DNA of 64,000 bases from Camelus dromedarius (Eukaryota), in the NCBI RefSeq assembly GCF_036321535.1, contig NC_087436.1, positions 113,772,001 through 113,836,000 of the forward strand. Direction: 5' to 3'. Positions 37,900 through 50,250 of the stretch are shown one piece after another (the stretch's first letter is position 1; every line of letters starts with the position of its first letter). Made by a program: the position numbers and the translations under genes. The notes under the pieces are model-generated. The model was not told where the DNA came from. It searched no databases and was given only the letters and a program-made list of their open reading frames with translations.

Positions 37900-39070
37900 A
37901 AACACATTCCGCTCTACCCTCCTGAAGAAATCCAGACATTCCATGCAGTCACTACGTCTAGCTTAAACTACAAGATATCTGGGTTAGGTACAGTGCTTGC
38001 CATCTGATCTGAATGTGACAACTCTTTGTCCAACAACTTAGGAACTAAAAATATAAGTTATCTACTCCCACACACCAACACACATATCACAATAATACAA
38101 GACAGAAGTAAGTCCAGAATGACCACAATAAAACATTTGCTTCAAAAACTGGAAAACTGAAAGGTCTGTAACAGGCAGTGGTCAACAGCAGTTGTGGGAT
38201 CCTGCTGGATGGGCTTTATGAAGATTGTCTGTGTGTGGGAAAGTTACTTCACTAGGCACTGCCTCTAATCTCTAAGTGGCAGTGAGATATCCCTAGACAT
38301 CATGATCCATTGCCCTGGGTCTGCCAGCTTCTTCCTACTATGGTCCACTTTGAACACATTCGAAGTGGGCATGGGTTATCTAGGGGGATCTCTTTGGTGA
38401 TAAGGGAATGTCTAAAGGTTTTTATTGGTCTCAACTACTTAACAGCTTTGTTTTCAGAAGCAGTTTTCCTTCAACAACTTAGTAAGCTGCTGATCTATTA
38501 ACTTCCATGTGATACCATGTACTGGAAACTACATTTAAACTCCTTTCCTAAGCATAGTTTTTAAACTTGTTTTTACTCTTCTTCTTCTTCACCTATAACA
38601 CCTTACCCTTCCACCTCCCTCTCCCTCTTAGCCTAATGGTAACTTTAAACTACCAGGATTAAGTAAGAAGACTACACCTTTAATTTGATCTTTCTTTGCA
38701 GTGCTAGATTCTAATTGGTCTTTGTTACTCAAAGGATTCCTTAGTTTTGTTCTCTGACATTTTAAGTCTAGAAGAAGTTAACTTTTCTTCCAACTCAAGG
38801 TATCAATTTCTATTGTTTTTTATTTGTGCTTGTAATCCAGCTAAATCTCTCTTGGATTAATTTTTCCCTTACATACCGTGGCATATCAATAACTACCAGC
38901 ACACATGACTGATATTTTATTTTACCATTTCTTCCCTAGAAAGTTGGTTTTCCACGGTGTAACAAACTCATCAACTTTCCAGTCTATAACATCCATTTCC
39001 TTTCCACCCACTAAACCATAGATTCACTAAGATCTATTTTCTTAGGCAGCTCTGTATTTCTGGCATCATA
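37900..39070 (-). mobile_element. MaLR internal (MLT1-int-like) sequence
   Basis: ACTAAAATATAAGTTATCTACTCCC...GGTCAACAGCAGTTGTGGGATCCTGCTGG, ending GCAGCTCTGTATTTCTGGCATCA; resembles antisense MaLR internal region. Confidence 0.55.
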
Positions 39071-40719
39071 GTCAATCAGTTACAGTTTGATCAGGAAATC
39101 ACAAAACACTCTAGAAGTGGTGAACAAAATATTACTTAATACAGAGATTTAGAGGCTTATTAAACTGTTTAAGTATTGAGGGCGTTGGAAATCAGCATTT
39201 ACATTTACTTGGCAAGACTTAATTTTCTTCCAGAAAATGTTAGTGGCACTGAATGGAAAAGACAGAATTGTATAGCACATAATCAGCATTTATTTAATTA
39301 GTCACAGAGTCATACCTCCATCCTAGTCTTGGGGGTGAAATTAATGATCATTATATCTGCAATGGGATGCACAATTCTATTCAAGAGAGAATATCTGATA
39401 TAAAAAGAATGGAGATGAAGTAAAGACAAAATGGTACTTTCTGTGATTATTTTACTGGAGATCCTTGGTATTTCTATGAGAACATGTTTGTATTGATGTA
39501 TTTTTGCCGAGGGGGACAAAAACAACCACAATCTCTTCCTATACTTCTTCATGCCTAATGAGCCAGAGGGAAAATTTCAGTCTTTGTGGCCAAGCAGTGT
39601 TACTCAACTAAACAGGAAAATTAAAAAAGAGAATAGCCTGCAGGTATATGGAAATTCCAAGAGCCCACACTGACAGAGATCACCATTCAGCCAGCCTCAA
39701 AGGGAGGAAGTTACTTTTATGTTCATTCATATCTGTAGAAACAGGATTTTGATTCAGCATTTGAATGATTCTGCCACTTCTGAGCTGTGAACTTGACACT
39801 TCTTAAATTTTTGATCAAGTTGTCCTCATCATCAAAGACGGAAAATTCCCATATTTCAAAGGCATAAAGGGAATTAGATAAAATTAATAAAATGAAAGGA
39901 AACAGACAATGTGAGAACAGGGGATCATAAACCTAAAATATAAAACAGTGTCCCTGGCAAGTAGACCAGTGATTGACTTGAGAGCACTTACTTGTTGATG
40001 GATTTTTGTATTTAGTTGTCTTCTTTAATGTTACATTGTTTCAGTTCAGTTCAGTGTTGAACCGCTGCTGTCCCAGTGTTGTGCACTCTAGGGGACATGA
40101 TGAGGAAGGTGGTGCTGGGGCCCATGAGTGGGGACCTGAGGCAGATGGTGTCCTGGGCAACTCCAGGAGTCTCTACCAGGGTAATCAGAGAAAGATGCCT
40201 GCTTGAACAGTGTGAGTAGACTGCAGACGTAGGAAGAAGTTATAACGGGAATGAGGTGTGGAGGGGTTATTTTTTCTTCATCAATCAAGTACACAATCTC
40301 AACAATATTGCCAACATATGGAGATCACCATTAAAATGTCCACTTTTGAAAAGAGTGATAAAATATGTTGTCTTAAATATAAGCAGCTGAGAATTTTCAA
40401 CTTCTGAATACAAGAAACTATAGACAATGAGACATTGTCAATCACAAAATTAAAAAATACAAAAATAGAATGCCATAATATTCACTTCAAAAATAGAACC
40501 TCAACAGGTCCCAAAGGATTGACAAACTATTTCCCAGTGGTTTCAGGTATGAGTTAAATTACAATAAAAATTCTTATTTTTAATAAAGCTTTACATGGTT
40601 CCTCATAAAAATGTTCAGAAAAGTTTATTAACATGACAAAATTACTTTGTTTCCAAAACAATTGTTTTGGGGAATGCCTAAATGATGCATGAAGTATTTC
40701 CTCTTTGAAGAAAAAAAAA

Positions 40720-40940
40720 AGTATATATAATGAGCAGACTTTCATTTTGAACAGATCTGGCTTCAAATCCTAATTTTTCTATTCACTACTTTTGAATCCT
40801 CAACCTTCTGATATTTTACTTAAACTTCACCTGTAAAATGGGGGAAGAGGTGATGTCAGAAGTGCTGAAGGTGACATTAAACGCATGGAATATGCTTGTT
40901 AGAGTGTATATGCTCAATACACAGAAGTTGTTACCACTAT
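40720..40940 (+). mobile_element. MIR SINE
   Basis: ACAGATCTGGCTTCAAATCCT...CACCTGTAAAATGGGG...TATGCTCAATA. Confidence 0.7.
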
Positions 40941-42259
40941 TGTTCTGAGTCCCAAAATCTAGTGCACACTGTGCAAATCTACCACTGTGCTGTCTCCACC
41001 ACAACTTGTTTAAAAAGAGATCAGTAAAATAGTTAATAACCTTCCTCAGCATGGCTTTTTCTGTTTGTGTCTTATCTTCTTACTCTGTCACACGAAACAC
41101 ATTTTCTTTGCTCGTTCTTAACAGACGATAAATGTAAAACAACCCCAGTCCCCACGGGTTGGGATGATTTGGTTCAAAAGAGAGATGAAGAAAAGTCATG
41201 CTGTTTCATACGTGAGATTAACTCTCCTTATTGGATCATAACAGAAAACGTTGGCAGTAAAATTGAAAATGGTTTGTAAAAAATAAGAAAGAACTTATCT
41301 CTGCAAGAAACACGTCTTTTGTGGATTTGTCAGACTCCTGGCATCTCATTGTGTTGATGAGCACCAAATCCACTGACTCACGGAGTCTACAAATACAGCA
41401 TCAATTTTTCATTTTCTTGACTGGGTACATGGCTTGCCCTTCATTGCACTCTTGAGAAAATTTTCTCAAATAAAATATCAATAAATTTTATCAGAAAATA
41501 TAAGTGGCTATTTGATTAGAAACCCAAGCTTCAATGCATTTAGGAGAGCCTCTTTCCATCAGTTTACAAATAGCCTATTTATCCTATTCTCCCTCCTCTC
41601 TTTCATTAACGAACTTCTTTGAAAAGCAGTTTAAACTGATGATCTCAACTCCCCTACACGTTTCCTAACTTTTGTCTGGGGCCACTTTGCCTTTGGTTGT
41701 ACAGACTCTCAGAGGCTGTTCATGGCTTACCAGTCACCTAGGATAGTGATTTGCCAGCCAGCCAAGATCCTTCTGAAACTGTCCCTTTCTTTGGCACTCA
41801 TGGAATTGTTCATTCCTGGCTCTCTTCATACATGTAAAATTATGTCTTCTCAAACTTTGTGAAATCTGTTTATTTTTTTGTCCTTTCTCATGGGATGCTC
41901 CCATGTTCATTAGTGTGTACTCTCCTTTCTCATTCTGTCTCTGTCCCAGTCTTTCTCTCTCTCTCTCATCTTCCTCTTCTCCTTCCTCTCCCTCTCCTTT
42001 TCCCCTTTATTCTCTCATTTGGATGCCTCCTCTTCTCCCAATGTTTTTATTATTATATTTGTACAGATAAAACCAGGATCTACAACTTCAAAACTTTCTT
42101 CTTAGCCATAGATCATCATTTCAAACCAAGGTCTGGTTATCTTCATCTGGATTAGGTTCTCAATAAATTGCAATTTCATAGACCCCAAAACTCCTTAGGG
42201 ACTCCCTCATTGTACTGCATAAAATAATCACTGCCTTGTGTTAAGATTATTAACATAAA

Positions 42260-42585
42260 TGGGGAGGTGGGGAATGGGCAATGGTGGGGGGAATGGGTAA
42301 ATGTGGTCAAAAGGTACAAATCTCCATTTTCAAAATCAGGAAGTCCTGAGGATATATATAGCTTGGTGACTATAGTTAATGCTGTTTGTATTCTTGAAAA
42401 TTGCTAAGAGGATAGATCTTAAAAGTTTTTAACACAAGAAAAAAGTGCAGCTATGCATGGTAATGAATGCTAATTAGACTTGCTTTGGTGATCATTTTGC
42501 AATGTATACAAATGTCTATCAATAAGCTGTACACCTGAAACCAATATAATGTTATAGGTCAATTATATCTCAATTAAAAAAAAAG
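42260..42585 (+). mobile_element. L1MA9/10-like 3' end with poly(A)
   Basis: GGTCAAAAGGTACAAA...GGTGACTATAGTTAAT...GTACACCTGAAACCAATATAATGTTATAGGTCAATTATATCTCAATT(A)n. Possible TSD AAGATTATTA / AAGAATTATTA. Confidence 0.9.
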
Positions 42586-43299
42586 AATTATTACTTTAGA
42601 TGAGCTCAAATGGCTACATTGAAAGGTTTACGTGAAAGCTAAGCAGGTGCCCTGTCGGCCCCAAAAGACCCTTCTTTGGTGGTTCCTGACTTACATACAT
42701 CCCAGGATTGAGAGAGAGAGATTCTTTGTTCTCTAATTCGCAGCAGAGCCCAATTTCTAAGGCCAGGAGAATTAACACTCACAAGAGCTGGAATTCCCCA
42801 GTTTAAATTCAGAATCTGACCCACACTGATTTTACAGATTGCACGTCTTAATTAATCTCCTTACTCCTCAAAGTCATTAGTAATATATGGAAGTAATGCC
42901 TGTTTCCCACCTGTTGGTGTTACATGAGAATTAAATGGGAAAAACATAAATGAAAATCCTTTATAAACTGTAAAGCACTATACAAATGTAGCAATTATTC
43001 TCCCTGCAATTATACAATGCGTAAATATAAAGGATGCTAAATATGTTGAATTAATTAATTAATGAATAACCAAATAAATAATTGATCTGCTCTGCCTCTA
43101 AACCCTCCACCTCCTATCCAGTAAGGTAGCTTCTGTGAAATAAAACCTAGACCCAGAGCTTGTTGATAGATTTCTTATAGGCTTACATTTTTAATAACTA
43201 GAATTTTTTAATGTGTATTACTTAGAATGTTATTCAGTACATTTAAATATACATTCACAGTAGGAAGTGACCTGGTACCAAATAAAAGACCTGTGGGTG

Positions 43300-43765
43300 A
43301 CCTGTTAGTCACGTACCCAATATCTATTTCACGTCTTATTAAACAGCCTCTGGGCTGTGTCAGTGAGGACAGCTTAGTGATGGCTCCCAACCCCCCTTGT
43401 GCACAGAGAAGGTCAGTGACATGTAAGTAGAAGTAGAAAGTTCTTTAAAGGCAACTGGCAAACACCACTTTTGTCCTTTCTTCTTCCTTTTTCCTTCTTG
43501 AAACATGGCTATAAGTCTAGAGCTCCAGTGACCAACTGCTGCCCATGAAGAAAACTTAAGTTTGAGAACTCAGGTGCTTAAAAGAAAAAAAAAAAAAAGG
43601 CAGAACAGAAAGACAGAAAGAACTCAGGTTTCTGATACGATGTCCACCAGGAACAGACAATCTCTGACCCTGATGTTTTGTAAAAGAAAAATAGCCCTTA
43701 TTTGTCTTAAGCCACTGTTATTTCAGATCTTCATTACTAGCAACAAAACACAATTCCTAACCCTT
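43300..43765 (+). mobile_element. Old MLT1 (J/K-like) MaLR LTR
   Basis: 3' end CCCTTATTTGTCTTAAGCCACTGTTATTTCAG...TTACTAGCAACAAAACACAATTCCTAAC. Confidence 0.7.
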
Positions 43766-44486
43766 ATAGGAGCCTCATTTTTTCAAAGTTTTGTTTACCA
43801 CTTAAATGAAGAAGAAATGCCAAGTGAATCATTTGCATAATGTAATTAATCTATTTCAGTGAAATATGAATCTAGGACATATTAGCAAGTAGAAAGTAAA
43901 TAAATATAAATAAAAAACTATTGTCCTTATAATATTTACTAAGTATAACACTTGCCAAACTAGAATTTAAATTTTGTTTGAAATATTACTGCACCTTTAA
44001 AATTTTGTTGTCTTCACTGGATTATGTAGTCTTCAACACTTTATTTAAATAGATATTTTATTTTATAATCAATACAGTTATTACCTTTTAACTGTTCAAG
44101 ATTATCTCTGCATTAATAGTGTTGGTTTTGACAAAAATGTTAATGAAACTTATATCCAGAAATCTTTAGGGAAAAAAAAATGCTTGTCAATCTTCATTGA
44201 AAGTAACTAAAATATTTGACAGTGACGGTCATCAATACTTTGTGGGATGAACGACCTCCCTATGCCTACTTTTACTCTTAAGAAGAGAGATGGCAAAGGA
44301 CAGAAGACTTCTCCTATGTAATGTGTTTTAAGAAATTTTCATTGTTCCCAGTATTTAGATATCAAGAAAAACACTAATTTGGATATATGTTTGGGGAAAT
44401 TTATGTTTATTTACACAAGACTGGGCCTAATGTTTACCTCATAAAACTTTTTCTTCGCAGTGTCTCAAAATAAATTCGGATTGCAA

Positions 44487-44890
44487 TGCTGTAGACTATA
44501 TTGAACCCCCTCTTCAAATTCATATGATGAAGCCCTAACCCCTCCCCATATGACTGTATTTGGAGGTGGGAGCTTGAGGAAGGTAATTACGGTTAAAGGA
44601 GATCAGAAGGCTGGGGCCCTAATCAACCTAAGGGTTGGTTTTCTTACAAGAAGAGCAGTGGATACTAGAGATCTCAGTCCTCCCACACGAGAATGGAGGA
44701 AAGGAGATGTGAGGTTACAGCAGAAAGGCAGCCACTTACAATCCAGAACTAAAGCTCTCACCAGAAATCTAACTTGCTGTCACCTCGACAATGGATTTTT
44801 AGCCTCCAGAACTGTGAGAAAGTAAGTGTCTGTTGTCTCAGCCTCCCAGGCTGTGGAATTACTTTATGAGAGCCTGAGCAGACGAACACG
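44487..44890 (+). mobile_element. MLT1A-like MaLR solo LTR with a perfect 5-bp TSD
   Basis: CAAATTCATATGATGAAGCCCTAACCCC...TAGCCTCCAGAACTGTGAGAA. TGCAA at 44482-44486 and 44891-44895. Confidence 0.92.
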
Positions 44891-45099
44891 TGCAAAACAG
44901 CACCCAGTGTAGAGGGAATTATATCCTACTTGTGAGGAAATGTTACCCTTAAAGTCAGCTTTTATATATTACCTGTTTATTAGTTGTTATTATTGTCTGA
45001 TTCTAACCAATATGTTTCTTGTAGAAAATGTGAAAGTGTTTTACTTGCGTGTAGAGTAAAACAATAATAGGGAAGATTTCAAGTACCAAAAACAGGTAA

Positions 45100-45620
45100 T
45101 GAAAATCCAACCAAAAAATTGTATGTATTCATTTTGGGAAAAATCAGAACAATTAAAAAGAAGAAAAATTAATGATAAATCTCTTTTTAAGATCCTGAAG
45201 TTCAAAGGACCTAAAGGTAAAGCTTGAAAATGCTTATGGAAAACAATGAAAAGGGTACACATCCAGGCATACTCAAGGGACTATTAGTGTTACAAATTTA
45301 GAACAAAAAACAAACAAAAATAAAACAACGAAAAAATCCCACAACTATTCAGAAAGCAATAAATAGCTACTGATAGAAAGATTTGGATTATTCTCAGATT
45401 TTTCTTTATCACTAAACGTTAGAAGATAAAGAAGCAAAGCTTCAATATTTTAGAGAAAATAAAGGTTAGCAAAGAATATTATGTCAGCCAAGTTGTCATT
45501 CATATTGGAAAACAATCAAAGCATTTTCAAACAACATGAAAATATTATTATGCAAAGACTCAAAAATATATGATAATCATGACCTTAAAATTCACTTGGA
45601 TATGCTTCAGTTGGTGGAAA
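45100..45620 (+). mobile_element. HAL1 / L1 ORF1-like decayed fragment
   Basis: TTCTCAGATTTTTCT...CTAAACGTTAGAAGATAA...AGAATATTATGTCAGCCAAGTTGTCATTC resembles ORF1 C-terminal coding sequence. Confidence 0.6.
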
Positions 45621-45649
45621 GACAAATCAAAATTTAAAAAGCATAATGG

Positions 45650-46240
45650 TATGGAAACCAAATGTCAGTTGATGGATAAATGGATTAAAAATGTAAGATA
45701 TATTATTTATATATTATATACATATATAAAAAATTCAGCTTAAAAAAAAGAAGGAAATCCTATCATTTGTAATAATATGGATAAACATGGAGGGCATTAT
45801 GCTAAATGAAATAAGCCAGACAGAGAACAAATACTATATGTATGGCACCACTTACATGTGGAATCTAAAAAAAAAAAATGCTGAACTCATAGAAACAGAG
45901 AGTAGAAAAGTGGTTGCAATGGAGGGAGATACAGGCAGAGGTTGGAAAAAGAGTACAAACTTTCAGCTGTAGGATGAATAAGGTCTGAGGATCTAATGCA
46001 CAACATAATGACTGTAGTTGATAACTCTGTATTGTATAATTGAAATTTGCTAAGAGAGTAGAACTTAAACATTCTGATCAATGGAAAAAAAGAGTAAATG
46101 CATGAGATGATGGATGTGTTAACCTGATGGGGGAATCTTTCCTCAATATATTAGTAATCAAACCATCACATTGTATAATTTCAGTATCTTGAAATTTATT
46201 TGTTAATTATACATCAATAATGCTAAAAGGAGAAAAAAAC
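45650..46240 (+). mobile_element. L1MA9-like 3' end
   Basis: GGAAACCAAATGTC...GAGGGCATTATGCTAAATGAAATAAGCCAGACAGAGAA...GAAATTTGCTAAGAGAGTAGAACTTAAA. Confidence 0.9.
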
Positions 46241-49200
46241 CACCATCATAAAAGAGGTGATTTTAATGAATCTGTGGGTCTTCTCTTGCTTCCTTTTAAC
46301 CCCAAATTTCTGTTTTTCAGAGTGTTTTTCCTTTGTGGAAAAACTTAACTGTTTTAACGTTTATCTTTTGACCGTATCACTGTGACCCTTAACAAGCAAG
46401 CTTTATCTTGATGTGCTTGATATCTTTTAAAGCAATTATTGATACTGCTCTTTTTTATCATTTAACTCAGGTCAAATGTTTGGGACACAGTGTCAAAAGT
46501 TGTCCAATAAACCATGTTTTTATTTCTGCTCTTCTCTCTCACTAAAATGGGTAGCATTGAGCTACATATAGCCATTTTTGTTATCAAGGAAATGGGAACA
46601 TAATTTTCTGCAACTATGAAACATATTTGAATTAAGTCATTTTTAAAAATTTGAAAACAAACCCCAGGGGCAAGTTCTCCTGTATAAATCATTCTTTCAC
46701 AGTGTGTTTTGGGTGCCTATAAATGTTAGGTATTATTCTAGACTTTAGGACCATATCTGTGAGCAACATATGTCTGCTGTCTGTAGGAGGGGCTTTATAA
46801 TCTAGTGAGTGATACGGATAAATACATTGACAATTGTTACATGTACAATGTTACATGTACCATGTACAATGTTAGGGATAAGCACAAATGTCTTCAGAGC
46901 ACTGTCTCCTATGACTAATCCCCTGTTGATTTGTTTTCTTTTGTTAAAATAGCCCAATAGGGCGCCAGATTTCTTCCATGGAAAATAATGCAATAATGAG
47001 TTATAAGAAATATTCTAAAAGTTTAATGGTGGTGGTCATCTCTAGGTAGTAAATTTATAAGAAAATTTTACTTCTTTTTTTTTTCTTCTTTTGAATATGT
47101 TTTCCAAAATGTTCAAACTGAGAATCAGAAAATCAGAAAACTATACATAAAAATATTTGTCTACTCATGTTATGAAGATTAAAGAAATTTAAATAGTAAA
47201 AAGCTCAGAGCCATTTTCTATCCACTCTTTTTATTTTGATACTTTTTAAAGTTTCTGAGATCAGCATGTATTACTTTAAAGTGAAGGAAAAACATTTTAT
47301 TTATTATAACTCGAGGAAGATAAGATAAAAACATTAATATTTAATTTGTAAATTTTTAAAAATTGCAAATATATAGCATGCTTAATTTTTATATTTTTAA
47401 TATTTTTGTAATCAGATTTGCCAATTTTTACTACAAATATTAAAATGTTATTAACATTAGTTTTCATCAAATTTCTTTGATCAAATGTGCCATTATTTAC
47501 TTAACTATTACTCTAGATATACGACTGTGATAGCATTTTCACTATTACAAATAGCAATCCCATGAGCAGTTTGTACCTAATATTTGTCTGGATCGCAACA
47601 TATTTCTTTATGATGGACTCATAAATCTAGGACTATTGGATTAATAGATGTAAGATTTTAACCCTTTTGAGATAGAGCCAAATAACTGACTATGAATATT
47701 TTACATCATTATAATCTTTGGGTTTATGTGCTGGCTCTGCTTCAAACAGAAAATAACTCAGTTTCTCTAAACCTCAGTTTCTTCATCCATAAAGTAGGGC
47801 TAATATTGCCTCATAATCTAGAGCAAAGATTAAATGAAATGATGCAGGCACAGGATTTCTCATGGTACTCATCACAGAGCAGTTGACCCGCAATGATCAT
47901 TCTCTCTCCCCATCCCCCCGGAAGGTAACTATGTCTGCTGCAGCCTCACTTTTCTACCCCAAATCCCTTCTGCAATTCACTTTTCATTCAGACATCAGCA
48001 ACACCCCCCTAGCTCTGCTTTTTGTAGCCCTGTCATCCTTTTTCACATTTCTTATTCCCAGCCACATTGCCTGTGTCCCACCTATATTAGAACGAGCTTA
48101 TCTTATTTCTCCACTCTATAAATAACAGACTGCTGATAAGAATAATAATGGAAAGTCAGATGGCAGCAGAGCAGAATTGGGGAGCGGGGAATAAAGGTAA
48201 CACTGAGTGAATTTCAACAGGGAAGAAAGGATGCATAGTGGATAAATGATTCTATACCCAGAGGTGATGAATGCCATCAAGCAATAACTGTGTCAGGGGA
48301 AAAAAGTCAGCATGAATACCGAGGAGTGAAAAGAAATCAAGCAGCAGCAAGAAAGCCAAGGCAGTTTCTGAGCTCAGAGTGGAAAAAATGGACATAGACG
48401 TGGATTGGAGGATGAAAGACAGAGAGGTAGAAGTGAAGGAAGATGGAGTCCATTATGAATGCCTTTCAGGCACCGGAGGAAAACACAGTCCATGAAAGAG
48501 CCAAAGACACCAGCAGAGAGGGGTATTGATAAGGTATTGACGTCTGAGTCCAGGGGGAAATGGAAAATCACCTGCAGGTGGGCACAAAGAACAAAAGCAA
48601 GTATAGAAAACTGAGGTTTAAAAACAACCACAAACTTGTGTGATGTTGGTGACTATGTACTGTGCCTGGTCTGGTGGGCTGAACCACAAAAGAACAAAAT
48701 TTAAAGAATAAACTTTTAAGAGTGAGTCCAACTTTGAGTTGTGTCCAACCCTTGAGTGGCCCATGGTCCCTAGCTGCCCCTGTGAGGAGTAATTCTAAGT
48801 CTTTATGGTTGACTCCTTCTCTTCCTTCGGGGAGAGTCCTTCAACAAATCTCCAGTGGGTCCCTCTACCTCCAAAGACGGCTATCTGATAGATCTTGAAA
48901 CATGGCTTGGAGAATGTCACTCCCTTCTTCCAAAACCTTCAGCATACCGCTTGCAGGGCTGAGCCCACGTTGTGACACAAAGGTCTCCACTACCTTGCAC
49001 AACTGACCGTCCCAGCTGGACTCCCTGTATCCCAGCTAAGACATTTTAGACTCTGGGGTCTGTAGCCTTTTTGCCCATGTGGAGGCAGATGCCCTGCTCT
49101 CTGCCATTTGAATACATTGAGAAGCAGTGTCCGAAGGTCAGGCCAAGGGCTTCTCAAGCCTTTTGTTCTAGAGAAATATGTTGTAGAAGCAAGATCAAGC

Positions 49201-49261
49201 TTCATTTGGTCTTTTAAGAGCCGTAACAATGATCCTCCTTGTAATTGCATGCACATACTAT

Positions 49262-49346
49262 CTTTTTTTTTTTTTAACTGAAGTATAGCTGGTATACCAT
49301 ATTGTGTTAGTCTCAGGTGTGCAGCAAAGAGATCCAGTCATTGTAT
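49262..49346 (-). mobile_element. Short young L1 3' end
   Basis: (T)n-AACTGAAGTATAGCTG...TGTGTTAGTCTCAGGTGTGCAGCAAAG, the reverse complement of the terminus seen at 15900-15955. Confidence 0.85.
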
Positions 49347-49589
49347 ATGATCCTCACAGTAACTTCATGAGGTAGAACCAGTTTCCTTACTTTACAGGTG
49401 AGATAGGAGTCATTATCCTCATGCTGCCAGAGGAGTTAAATAATATGCACGCAGTAAACTCCCCAGCCAGCCTTTGCAGCCCTCTGGCAAAGTCCATGCT
49501 TTAACAATTAAATACTTGCTTTCTGGTCCCTAACTGATTTTTTCCCCATAATTATTTTATTTGGACCATTTAAAGATACATATTCCTAT

Positions 49590-49795
49590 GTTTTTTAATT
49601 GAAGTAAAGTTTACAGTGTTTGCAATGTTGTGTCAGTTTCTGGTATACAGCATAATAGTTCAGTCATACATATACCTACATAATTTCATTTTCATATTCT
49701 TTTTCATCATAGGTTACTGCAAGATATTGAATATAGTTTCCTGTGTTATAGAGTATAAACTTGTTTATTTTATATACAGTAGTTGGTATTCTGTA
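49590..49795 (-). mobile_element. Young L1 3' end
   Basis: TTTTAATTGAAGTA...GTTTCTGGTATACAGCATA...AGGTTACTGCAAGATATTGAATATAGTTTCCTGTG. Confidence 0.88.
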
Positions 49796-50029
49796 TATAA
49801 AATGCTTTATGCTGGATCAGCGTGTTGATCATTCCTGAGTCATTTAACCTGGTATTGTGACCATTTTGGTCTGGTTCTCTTCTTGTTGAGTCTTTAAGAT
49901 TGATACCATTATACTCTGTTTTGCAACATTGACTCCTTTTTGGAATAACTCACGCAGTTCCCCCTTGGGATGGCCTGTGCTCATGTCCTTTCTGCAAAAT
50001 TGAAGAACTTGGTAATAATATCCCCCTAG

Positions 50030-50250
50030 GACTTCCAAGTTAGACAGAGCTTAATTTCAATCTCAACTGTATCACTTTCTAGACTGTATATACTTGAGTA
50101 AGTCATGAAAATTATCTGTGTTTCAGTTTCCTTATGCTTAAAAAGAGAATATCAATATTTTCCCTATCAACTCCCCAGGGTTGTTGGAAGGCTCAGATTA
50201 TATGATGAATTTATAAGCTATTAAGTGCTGCATAAATATTCGGAATGATT
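50030..50250 (+). mobile_element. MIR SINE
   Basis: TCTGTGTTTCAGTTTCCTTATG...CCCAGGGTTGTTGGAAGGCTCAGAT. Confidence 0.75.

Noticed and set aside
45787..46081. ORF MEGIMLNEISQTENK...
   Set aside because: It is the decayed L1 ORF2 C-terminus and 3' UTR, not a host gene.
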